NCBI GenBank assembly: GCA_044226015.1
Contig: JBGAHS010000003.1
Location: 192,001-256,000 of the forward strand
Direction of reading: 5' to 3'
DNA: 64,000 nucleotides
Source: Candidatus Obscuribacteraceae bacterium
GTDB taxonomy: Bacteria; Cyanobacteriota; Vampirovibrionia; Obscuribacterales; Obscuribacteraceae
This document shows positions 43,043-51,554 of the stretch, one piece after another. Position 1 is the stretch's first letter; each line of letters begins with the position of its first letter. The notes beneath the pieces are model-generated. The model ran no database searches. It was not told the origin of the DNA and was given only the letters and a program-made list of their open reading frames with translations. The translations under genes and the position numbers were made by a program.

Positions 43043-44560
43043 TTAAATAGCGCTTTCCTTTTGCGCTTCGCTAATGTCTTTCGGCAGTTTGAACCAGAAG
43101 GTGCTGCCCTTACCATCTTCACTGCTGACACCGATGCTGCCACCAAGCTGCTCAATTATCATCTTACAAATCGGAAGACCCAACCCTGTTCCTCCTTTTT
43201 TGGTTCCGTCTTCCGTTTTGACTTGTTTGTATTTTTCGAAAATGGCATCTCTATATGCCGCAGGAACGCCACGCCCCTGGTCAATTACCTGTAATTCAAC
43301 TATTTCATCAGTCTCAATCGTTTTGATTTTTACAACGCCACCTTTGGGCGAGAACTTGACTGCATTGGATGCGAGATTGATAACTACCTGCACAAGACGA
43401 TCTTGATCTGCAAAAACCTCTGCGTTAGTTTCATCAAATTCCAGCTCTACACCCGCTGTTTTTGCGAACTCTTCAATTGCCGCAATCGATTGCTCTATTA
43501 CCGTTTCCAGATAAATAACTTTGCAGGTCATCTGCATTTTTCCGGCTTCCATTTTCTCAAGAGTCAATAAATCATTGATCAAACGAATAAGCCGAGAAAC
43601 ATTTCGTGCAGTTTTGTCTGTTTCTTTAATTACAAGTGGAGGCACTTCTCCTAAAACCCCTTCGGAAACGAGTTCTAGATAGGCCATAACATTAGTAAGC
43701 GGAGTACGCAAATCATGACTTATCATTGCAACAAATGTTTGACGCATGCGCTGAGCTTCAAGTACAGTGTCAGCCATATCGTGAAAAGAACCATCCAACA
43801 TGGTGATTTCATTCTTTCCACCGCCAAGCAGCGGATTCAATTCCTGACCTGTTTTGAACCTGTTCATGTTATCAACCATGACACCAAGTCGCGCCACAAT
43901 CGCTTTCGTAAAGTACTTCGACAAAATGAAAGCAACAACAACATTCGCCACTAATGCAAGAATGAGAATTGTTCGAATCAAGCGTCGCATGCGTTGCTGT
44001 TCTGTAGAACTCTGCGAAACAATCTTGTCCTCTTTGCTCGTCAGTTGAGAAAGCGACATTAGCATGTGATTCCAGTCTGTTTGAAAACTCTGCTTTTTCG
44101 CATTGAAAATATCGATAGAGTCCTGGATGCTTGCAGTATCCTTCACCATATCAACCGCTTCTGTTATAACCTGCAGCCCCTTGTAGAAGCCCTCATGAAT
44201 GCCTTCATAGGCTTCCGCGCAATCTTTATGCGGAGCCAATTCCTTTTTCAACCACTTAAGCGTATCGCTTGCAGTAGTCGAACGCTCTATGTACAAATCA
44301 TAGAATTTTTGGTCATGCGTAAGCGCAAACTTCGTGGCTGCTTGCAGCGATTGGTAAACCAAATACTCAAGCCTTGTTGTTTTCTGAACGATCTGCTTGT
44401 AGTGCTTCTCGCGTTCAGCCTCTTTCTCAGTCAGATCTAATTGCCAGTAAAGTATGCCGACAAAGAGAATTTCCATCAGCAACAAGCCGCCGACAATAAC
44501 ATTTAGTTGGCGGGAGATGCTAGCAGAACCAAATAACTCTCGTGCTTTAAGGAGTTTCAA
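43043..44560 (-). CDS. Sensor histidine kinase (TM-sensor-TM-HAMP-HisKA-HATPase)
   Basis: SHDLRTPL, NLASNAVKF, DQGRG, GGTGLGL; likely TTG start overlapping the response regulator 3' end. Confidence 0.93.
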   Translation of the reverse strand: MKLLKARELFGSASISRQLNVIVGGLLLMEILFVGILYWQLDLTEKEAEREKHYKQIVQKTTRLEYLVYQSLQAATKFALTHDQKFYDLYIERSTTASDTLKWLKKELAPHKDCAEAYEGIHEGFYKGLQVITEAVDMVKDTASIQDSIDIFNAKKQSFQTDWNHMLMSLSQLTSKEDKIVSQSSTEQQRMRRLIRTILILALVANVVVAFILSKYFTKAIVARLGVMVDNMNRFKTGQELNPLLGGGKNEITMLDGSFHDMADTVLEAQRMRQTFVAMISHDLRTPLTNVMAYLELVSEGVLGEVPPLVIKETDKTARNVSRLIRLINDLLTLEKMEAGKMQMTCKVIYLETVIEQSIAAIEEFAKTAGVELEFDETNAEVFADQDRLVQVVINLASNAVKFSPKGGVVKIKTIETDEIVELQVIDQGRGVPAAYRDAIFEKYKQVKTEDGTKKGGTGLGLPICKMIIEQLGGSIGVSSEDGKGSTFWFKLPKDISEAQKESAI

Positions 44561-45218
44561 GGATGTAGCCCACACCATGGACGGTGCGCAGCAGATTTCC
44601 GTCCGGATCAACCTTTTTGCGCAATCTCTTCAACGCTGTTCGAAGTGCTTCTGTAGTGGCTTCAGAATCCGATGGCCAAACGCGGTTTAATAGCGCTTCT
44701 GCGCTAAAAACCTGGTTCGGATGCCGCATAAAAAATTCAAGCAGCTGGAACTCTTTTGGAACCAGCGTCATCGCCTCACCATTCACTGTCACACGATATT
44801 TCTGAGTGTCTATGGTGATGTTGCCAGCTTCCAGCAAGTTGCTGTTGCTGATTGCTGCGGGACGTCGCAACAGCGCGCGCACGCGAGCGCCAAGTTCTTT
44901 CATCTGAAATGGCTTTGTCAAATAATCGTCAGCACCAGTGTCAAGTCCACGCATTTTCTCATCGACATCGTCGTGACCTGTAAGCATCAAAACTGGCGTC
45001 TTACCACCCAGTTCTCTGAAGCGGCGCAAAATATCAATACCTTCCATTCTCGGAAGGTTCCAATCCAACAAAATCAAATCATATTGAAAACTACGCAGAT
45101 GATCGCTGGCCGTCAGTCCATCGTTGATATGCTCGACAGTGTGATGTTCAAACATCAAAAACGTGCGCACTGAATTAGCAAGGTCTTCATTATCTTCAAT
45201 GATGAGGATTTTCGCCAT
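44547..45218 (-). CDS. OmpR/PhoB-family response regulator
   Basis: IIEDN, LLDWNLP, GADDYLTKPF, complete winged helix ending RTVHGVGY. Confidence 0.96.
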   Translation of the reverse strand: MAKILIIEDNEDLANSVRTFLMFEHHTVEHINDGLTASDHLRSFQYDLILLDWNLPRMEGIDILRRFRELGGKTPVLMLTGHDDVDEKMRGLDTGADDYLTKPFQMKELGARVRALLRRPAAISNSNLLEAGNITIDTQKYRVTVNGEAMTLVPKEFQLLEFFMRHPNQVFSAEALLNRVWPSDSEATTEALRTALKRLRKKVDPDGNLLRTVHGVGYILETP

Positions 45219-45253
45219 GTCGTCTCCGCCGGTTCAACGCCTCTGAATATACA

Positions 45254-47428
45254 TCATTTGCCTCGTTTTTGAATCAAGGCCTGCAACTGAAGCTTAATGT
45301 CATAGTCAGCTGGTTCCATTTGAGAAGCCGTCATCATTTCCGCTATTGCGCCATTCAAGTCACCAGCATCACTCAATGCATTGCCAAGCGAGACATGCAA
45401 TTTGGAGGAACCAGGGTTCAGTTTCTGAGCCAATCGATATTGCGTCACAGCTGACTGCGCATCACCCTTTTTCTCATAGATTCCAGCAAGAACACAGTGA
45501 GCATCAGCATCATTTGGCGCCAGTGACACAGCTTTTCCTGCCTCTGCAAGCGCATCATTTAGCTTCTTGTTGTTAGCCAGAGCCCATGCCATACCTGAGT
45601 GGGCAGCAGAGTTTCTCGGGTCTAACTGAATTGCGTTGGTGAACTCAACAATGGCTTCGTTCCACATTTTTTGATCGCCTAGAGCGCGAGCATATCTTTC
45701 GTGAGCGGTGGCGTCATTTGGCTCTTTCTCAAGAACAGTTTTGAACTCATCGAGAGCCGCTTTAGGTTGCCCCAGAGCCTTGAAGCACTCAGCAAGTACT
45801 ATGTGCGCTGCAACGAGACTCTCATCTATTTTCATCGCCTTACGACATTCAAACATAGCCGGACGGTACCAACCGCGCATTCGGTAGCACTCACCCAAAT
45901 ACACATGCGCAAGTGCATTGCGCTTGTTGAGACGAATTGCATGTTTGTACGATTGGAAAGCCAGGTCATGCTTGCTCATAAGTCGATAGCATTCGCCTTC
46001 CATGAAATATGCATCGCTGTGGCGAGGACGTAATTCAATTATCTTCTGGAACTCCTTCAGAGCCTCCTGATAGTCGGACATTGAGAGAAGAACTTTGCCG
46101 AGCATATAGCGAGCCTTAATGCTCTCGTCGTCGATTTGTACAACACGCCCAAACTCGATCATCGCATTAGTGTAGTCGCGCTTTTCGTAGAAGGCATCGC
46201 CAGCTTTCATGTGCTGGTCAGCTTCTTGAGCCTGCTCAGCAGATAGCGCCTTCTTACTCTCTTCATGAGATTGGTCGCCACCTTCTTCCTGATTGTCCTC
46301 TTCGGACATTTTCAGAGCGTGCTCTTCATCTTGGGGTTCAGTATCATTCATAGGAATGATATCAACTTTGCCAGCAGGCGCTTTGCCGCTGGTGCTAGCT
46401 TTGGGCTTAGCAGCCGGAACTCGCAACCATGGAGGTCTGAATGTTGGTAATTTCGGAGCTACTGGCTTCTTCGTGGCAGCGGCTGGCTTCTCTGAAGATG
46501 CGCTAGACTTCGCACTGGCGGAACTGTTTTTAGAGGCAGCAGATTTCACTGTGCTGGTGCCAGATTTTTCATGCATCTCGCCGGGCGCTGACTTCTCGCC
46601 TGAGAGCGTTTCTTTCTCAACTTGCACGGCTTTCTCGCCCGAGAGCGCCGGCATCTTGCCGGCTCCGGTGCCAAGCTCCTCTCCTGCCCTAGAACCAGCT
46701 TTTACAGGTTCTACCTTGCCTGAACTGCCAGAGCCATGGCTGGGCGACGACACCGCATGTGGTGCCGAATGCTTAACAACTGGTGCAGCTTTCTTTGGGG
46801 CAGAACCAGCCCAAATAATATCGTCACCAGAATCATTAGCTTCCTGAATAGCGGCTGACTTAGATAATTTCGAAGCCGTAGGCTTCGCAGCTTTAGCTGG
46901 TTTTATCTCAGTAAACACGACTTCGTCCACAGCATCACCGTTAGACGGCTTCACTGGCTCAGCCGTTTTCTCAGCTTTTGAGTTCTTAGCACCTTTGGCG
47001 AGCGGAAACTTCCCTGAGACTTTTGATGGTGGATTCATACCGTTGTTTTTGGATGATTCAACTGTATTAGTTTTTACTGACTCTGGCTGAGCGGGAGGCG
47101 TATCTGACTGGGAAGTCAGCTGGGTATCGCCAGCACCAACGGATGCACCACTCGGCGCTTCGCTGCTTTTTTCGACGGGATCCATATCAGAAACTTCTCT
47201 GGTTTCGTCTTTGCTCTTATCGCTAGCAGCAGATTTGTCTTTCGATTTTGCATCAGCATCTTTCTTGCTTCCATGCATCACCATTGCAAGACGAGCTTTG
47301 GCTCGGTCTCTCAGACTGGCAAGCCCTTCAGCTTTCACAGTGCCGCAATTGGCTAACGCCACACTTAATAGCAAGCTTGTTGCTAGCAGAATTCTGTTTT
47401 GATTACTTTTTTGAGCTTCAAATTTCAT
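45254..47428 (-). CDS. Secreted protein with long disordered Ser/Lys/Ala/Pro region and about 9 C-terminal TPRs
   Basis: Signal-like N-terminus; repeated 34-aa AH..LG/LA units. Confidence 0.88.
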   Translation of the reverse strand: MKFEAQKSNQNRILLATSLLLSVALANCGTVKAEGLASLRDRAKARLAMVMHGSKKDADAKSKDKSAASDKSKDETREVSDMDPVEKSSEAPSGASVGAGDTQLTSQSDTPPAQPESVKTNTVESSKNNGMNPPSKVSGKFPLAKGAKNSKAEKTAEPVKPSNGDAVDEVVFTEIKPAKAAKPTASKLSKSAAIQEANDSGDDIIWAGSAPKKAAPVVKHSAPHAVSSPSHGSGSSGKVEPVKAGSRAGEELGTGAGKMPALSGEKAVQVEKETLSGEKSAPGEMHEKSGTSTVKSAASKNSSASAKSSASSEKPAAATKKPVAPKLPTFRPPWLRVPAAKPKASTSGKAPAGKVDIIPMNDTEPQDEEHALKMSEEDNQEEGGDQSHEESKKALSAEQAQEADQHMKAGDAFYEKRDYTNAMIEFGRVVQIDDESIKARYMLGKVLLSMSDYQEALKEFQKIIELRPRHSDAYFMEGECYRLMSKHDLAFQSYKHAIRLNKRNALAHVYLGECYRMRGWYRPAMFECRKAMKIDESLVAAHIVLAECFKALGQPKAALDEFKTVLEKEPNDATAHERYARALGDQKMWNEAIVEFTNAIQLDPRNSAAHSGMAWALANNKKLNDALAEAGKAVSLAPNDADAHCVLAGIYEKKGDAQSAVTQYRLAQKLNPGSSKLHVSLGNALSDAGDLNGAIAEMMTASQMEPADYDIKLQLQALIQKRGK

Positions 47429-47429
47429 C

Positions 47430-48362
47430 TCAATTTCCCACCTGCAACCTATCAACCATTTCCAAACTGCTTATTCGGTTTATTCTAAAGGTTCTCTCGT
47501 TTCCCGCAGCATGACAGTATGCTCGTAAATAATATCGCCTTCTGGAGTAAAGCACCGACAGTGGTGTCACTTGCCGAAATTTCACTCCGTGCCCTCTGTA
47601 ATGAATGAAGAGGTCAGAACCAGAAGTGATTGACTCACCTATTCTCTGAACTTTTGAATTGCTGCTTGTGGCAAAATCTACTATCTCTTCAAACGGCTTA
47701 CTGAAGAAGGTTACTCCAGCAAGTTCGACAAGTTCGCCCAATGTGCAGTTGTCACCAAGCATGCGAAGCATTTCAACAAACACCTTCATCGCGTGAATGC
47801 TGTCTGCTTCTGCGCGGTGAAACACAACTTCTTCATCGCTATGCCCGAGGTGTTCAACAAGCGTTTTCAATCTGTGATTTTCGGTTTTATCAAACAACTG
47901 TCGCGCAAGCATCAGCGTGTCGAGCACCGGATTATCAGGCAAACTGCGACCGCAGCGCGTCAAAGCTACCTGCAAAAAACCTACATCGAAGATGGCGTTA
48001 TGCGCGACGAAAATATTCGGCAGCCCCGCATCGCTCAATTGCATCCATTCTACGAAGCCCGGAATAATCTCGCGAGCCGGAAGCTTTTGCGCAACCATTT
48101 CATCGTTAATGCCATGAACAGCAATTACTTCTTCAGGAATCTGTCGCTCGGGGTTGATTAGCTCGGTTCGAATGTCGAGAATCTCACCTTTGCTGTTGAA
48201 TTTAACAGCAGAAATCTCCAAAATTCCCGAAATAATTGGATGCCGACCGGTAGCCTCAGTGTCAAAAGCCACGAAAACGAGTTCAGACACCCGCTTAGAC
48301 AGCAGTCTGTCGTGAAGAGAAGTAGCTAAATTCGAATTTTCGAGAAGCTCTTGCATTGGCAA
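47430..48362 (-). CDS. DEDDh 3'-5' exonuclease (DnaQ-like) fused to a C-terminal WYL domain
   Basis: FDTEATG, VAHNAIFD, HRAEAD; then RQVTP..YYLRAYCH..ERTFRINRI. Confidence 0.9.
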   Translation of the reverse strand: MPMQELLENSNLATSLHDRLLSKRVSELVFVAFDTEATGRHPIISGILEISAVKFNSKGEILDIRTELINPERQIPEEVIAVHGINDEMVAQKLPAREIIPGFVEWMQLSDAGLPNIFVAHNAIFDVGFLQVALTRCGRSLPDNPVLDTLMLARQLFDKTENHRLKTLVEHLGHSDEEVVFHRAEADSIHAMKVFVEMLRMLGDNCTLGELVELAGVTFFSKPFEEIVDFATSSNSKVQRIGESITSGSDLFIHYRGHGVKFRQVTPLSVLYSRRRYYLRAYCHAAGNERTFRINRISSLEMVDRLQVGN

Positions 48363-48529
48363 CCCGGATTCCTGAACAAGGTTATCATTACTTGATTTTG
48401 CTTCCTTGTCATTAGAGTGGGGTCAGATTTATTTGTCAGCATTTAATCTTGCAAAAAGAGGGTAGAATTTAGCTCGTCATCTCTAAAGCTTCTAATTCCC
48501 AACCATCACCTTAATTTCGAGCATTAAGC

Positions 48530-49291
48530 ATGAAAAAGATAGTCCCTTTACTACTAACACTCTTCTGCTCTTCACAGCTGGCTACTTATGGCTTCAGCAG
48601 CCAGGATGCCACCGGCGGAAATATCCACGAGCAGATTACAAGAGAGGCTCTCAAGGGGATAGTTTCTGAAGCTAATTTAAGGGTCATCTTGAACGCTAAC
48701 TCAGCCCAGGACGCCACGGGGTCAGAGGGTCTCGCCGAGCTGCGCCGACACTTCGGTGACGAAAAATTCGCTTCATCGCTAGGTTATGTAGACAGAGAGA
48801 AAAAACGGGCATTGAATTATGCATCAGAGTCTGACACTGACCCAGAACAGCGCGGCCGTGCCCTGGTTCATATCGGCGAGATGCTGCATTGCGTGCAAGA
48901 TTTTTATAGCAGAACAAACTATCTGGAACTGATGCTCACAAATCCGAATTACAAAAATGACCCCTATTCCATACCACTGGTCGATTGGCAGAAGGTGCCA
49001 GACGGCTACCCCGGGCTAATAAACTTCAACACAAAAGCGGGAAACATCAATGACTCAGCCAAGGTCGTAAAAGATTCTGCGAATATGGAACAAAGCAAAA
49101 AAGTCACGGAAGGCAAAATCACTTATTTCAATGTGGCTAAAGACCTGGCTGTACGCGAGACGCAAAGACAATGGAACAGTTTTGAAACAATGGTGCGCAA
49201 CCGCTGTGGAGAGCGAGCAGCGGCAGTGATAGCCGCATTGAAAGCGGCAAGTCCAGAAATCAGCAAATCCACAAAAGATGACGCCAATTAA
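48530..49291 (+). CDS. Secreted HET-C/VWA7-N-like protein (Zn phospholipase C/P1 fold)
   Basis: Signal peptide; HEQITREAL, RRHF, GEMLHCVQDFYSRTNY. Confidence 0.7.
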   Translation: MKKIVPLLLTLFCSSQLATYGFSSQDATGGNIHEQITREALKGIVSEANLRVILNANSAQDATGSEGLAELRRHFGDEKFASSLGYVDREKKRALNYASESDTDPEQRGRALVHIGEMLHCVQDFYSRTNYLELMLTNPNYKNDPYSIPLVDWQKVPDGYPGLINFNTKAGNINDSAKVVKDSANMEQSKKVTEGKITYFNVAKDLAVRETQRQWNSFETMVRNRCGERAAAVIAALKAASPEISKSTKDDAN

Positions 49292-49294
49292 AAC

Positions 49295-50143
49295 TTAGGT
49301 CCAGTGCCTGCCACAATCGGGACAGTCACTGCGTCCTACGAGTTCAGTAATGTCATCGAATTCACTGCGCAAAACATCGAAACGCAAAAGGTGGTTTCCC
49401 GAGATTGTTCCAAGTTGAGTAATCAATTTGACCACCTCTGCAGCCTGGAAAGACCCTGCCAAATTGGCTACAGCACCAAGAATTCCGTAATTGAATCCAT
49501 TGGGTGGGAAGTCCTCTAAACCCAGCCTGGCAAAAACACAACGCAAACACGCTGAGCGCCCGGGAATCATGCTAAACACATGGAAGCTAAACATCATCAG
49601 CCCCGAGTGAATGAGAGGACGATTAGTATGCATGCAGCAATCTGAAGCAAGCAGCTTGTCTTGCCAGTTGTCTAGCGCCTCAACAACTACATCGGCCTCA
49701 GAAAGATGTTTGTCGGCATTGTGAGCATCAAAACTATAAAAACAATTCCGCACCTGCACATCAGGGTTCAGCTTTTGAAGCCTGCGTTTCAACACATCAA
49801 CCTTCGGCAGATTCAAATCGCTTTCATCAAAGAGTCCATGAGTACTCAAGTCACTGCCATCAACTACGGTTCCATCAATAACAGTTAATTTTCCGATGCC
49901 CGATTGTGCCAGATTCTTTGCGCAGTTTGTACCAACAGCGTTCAAACCCAGAATCACAACATGCGCTTCAAACAGTTTTTGCTGACGCTGTTCGGTCATT
50001 CCAGGTAAAGCTAATTGTGCTTTGTACCTTTGATTTTGCTCTCGGCTCAGTGACGACAAATGTTCCACTCTTACTCTTTTGGCAGTTGAATTTGGCTTTT
50101 CTAAACGCTCAATATCATACTGCACAATACAAGTAATCAGCAC
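49295..50143 (-). CDS. HesA/MoeB/ThiF-family protein with degenerate motifs
   Basis: QQKL..AHVVILG, LAQSGIGKLTVIDG, CLRC and CPDC zinc motifs. Confidence 0.88.
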   Translation of the reverse strand: MLITCIVQYDIERLEKPNSTAKRVRVEHLSSLSREQNQRYKAQLALPGMTEQRQQKLFEAHVVILGLNAVGTNCAKNLAQSGIGKLTVIDGTVVDGSDLSTHGLFDESDLNLPKVDVLKRRLQKLNPDVQVRNCFYSFDAHNADKHLSEADVVVEALDNWQDKLLASDCCMHTNRPLIHSGLMMFSFHVFSMIPGRSACLRCVFARLGLEDFPPNGFNYGILGAVANLAGSFQAAEVVKLITQLGTISGNHLLRFDVLRSEFDDITELVGRSDCPDCGRHWT

Positions 50144-50146
50144 TTT

Positions 50147-50380
50147 CTATTCAAAGAAATCCGGTATCCTGCTAAGGCGCTCTTTAACATCCTGGTTGTG
50201 TTGGCTTTTGTTACGATAATAACAGGGGCACTTATCCTTGCAGCCACAGGTGCATTGACATTCGCCGGGTCCGCAGTAGCAGCTGCAGGTTCTCAGAAAA
50301 GCACTCTGCAAAATGGGCCAACAGAGACCCGCGCTAAGCAGAAGAGCTAATCCAATACCTAAAAGAGGGTCAATGATCAA
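50147..50380 (-). CDS. Small membrane-anchored Cys-rich (metallothionein-like) protein
   Basis: TTG start overlaps the TetR stop (TTGA); hydrophobic helix, then CSCYCGPGECQCTCGCKDKCPC. Confidence 0.55.
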   Translation of the reverse strand: MIIDPLLGIGLALLLSAGLCWPILQSAFLRTCSCYCGPGECQCTCGCKDKCPCYYRNKSQHNQDVKERLSRIPDFFE

Positions 50381-50997
50381 TTCCCTGTCTCCGCAAAACC
50401 GTTTTGGCAAAACGAAATCATTCTTCTTGTCGCTTCTTCGGGTGTCCACGCTAGTGGGTCAGCATATCTCTGACGTATCTGTTCTTGCCTTGTCAGAAAG
50501 CATACTATCAAACTAAGCATGAACTCGAAGTTCCATTGTAAATCAGCTTCGCTTGCATTGGGAAACAATTTGCGAAAAGCACTAATGAACTTCTCTCTAC
50601 AAAGAGCAAAATGGCGATCAACCATGGAGAAAATTGGTTCTGGCTCAGTTTGCATTCGTCCGAGGAAAAGTCCCAAAATCGCCCCAGCATCACCTCTCGA
50701 CTGTACCAATCTGAGAGGAGGAAGATAGAAAGCCTCTAGAACATTTTTGAGCGATGTATCGGAATTCGAGTCCAGAGCCGCTAATTGTGCCGCAACAACA
50801 GGTTGAGCGAAGCGTTCGATGACCACATCGAATAAGTCTTCTTTGCTTCCGTAATGATAAGCAACGGAGGCGACATTAACGCCCGCATCCTTGATTACGC
50901 CTCGCAGTGTTGTGCCTGCAAATCCGTAGGTGGCGAAATGGCGCTCGGCTACGTCCAGAATTGTAGATTTTGTACTGAACCTGCTACGGGATTTCAT
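50377..50997 (-). CDS. TetR-family regulator (PsrA-like)
   Basis: ILDVAERHFATYGF..TTLR..AGVNVASVAYHYGSKEDL HTH; C-terminus MISFCQNGF. Confidence 0.92.
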   Translation of the reverse strand: MKSRSRFSTKSTILDVAERHFATYGFAGTTLRGVIKDAGVNVASVAYHYGSKEDLFDVVIERFAQPVVAAQLAALDSNSDTSLKNVLEAFYLPPLRLVQSRGDAGAILGLFLGRMQTEPEPIFSMVDRHFALCREKFISAFRKLFPNASEADLQWNFEFMLSLIVCFLTRQEQIRQRYADPLAWTPEEATRRMISFCQNGFAETGN

Positions 50998-51027
50998 TAG
51001 ATTAGTGCTCGAAAACCCCAGTCTAAC

Positions 51028-51074
51028 TTGACCCAGAGAAACGGTCAAGCGTATGATTCAATCATATGATTGAA
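51028..51074 (+). promoter_or_regulatory. Sigma70-type promoter with perfect 18-bp palindromic operator
   Basis: TTGACC-18bp-TATGAT; TTCAATCATATGATTGAA at 51057-51074, between divergent tetR and STAS genes. Confidence 0.75.
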
Positions 51075-51122
51075 TTGACAATGAAGCCACGGCATCAGGC
51101 ATCACAGAATTTGGAGCATCCC

Positions 51123-51500
51123 ATGAATCAACTAGACCAGAGTCAGGGCACAGCCACGGTACAACGATCTGGCTCGGTGGTCAGCGTAATCGTTGAAGGA
51201 GAAATCGACGAAACTTTGACCACCTATGTACAAACCGAGATTGAACGCGAGTTATCTCGAAGCGAAAGCCAATCTTGCATCATGATTGATGGAAGAAAGA
51301 TGTGCGACCCTTCTCTTTCGCTGGTTTTGCTTATGCAATCGTTCCACTACCGCTTGCTTGATCGCATCAAGAAAAGCGCAATAATCGTCAGCGGATATCG
51401 ACTTGCTTTCCTATCGAGACTTGCGTTTGGTCAAGACGAAAAGAAATACAGAGTGTTCTATGATGATCCGGAATCAGCTCTAAAATGGCTGCAAACGTAG
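51123..51500 (+). CDS. STAS/SpoIIAA-like domain protein
   Basis: VEGEID, IMIDGRKM, IKKSAII, YRVF..PESALKWL; GGAG RBS. Confidence 0.75.
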   Translation: MNQLDQSQGTATVQRSGSVVSVIVEGEIDETLTTYVQTEIERELSRSESQSCIMIDGRKMCDPSLSLVLLMQSFHYRLLDRIKKSAIIVSGYRLAFLSRLAFGQDEKKYRVFYDDPESALKWLQT

Positions 51501-51554
51501 CCAGTCCAGGAAATAGGTGTTCACTCGTTTATTGGGCTGGCTATTGATTCGGCG

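Noticed and set aside
50147..50380. Cys-rich peptide as a RiPP precursor
   Set aside because: No YcaO, radical SAM, lanthipeptide enzyme or dedicated transporter is adjacent, and the ThiF motifs are degenerate. Kept only as metallothionein-like.
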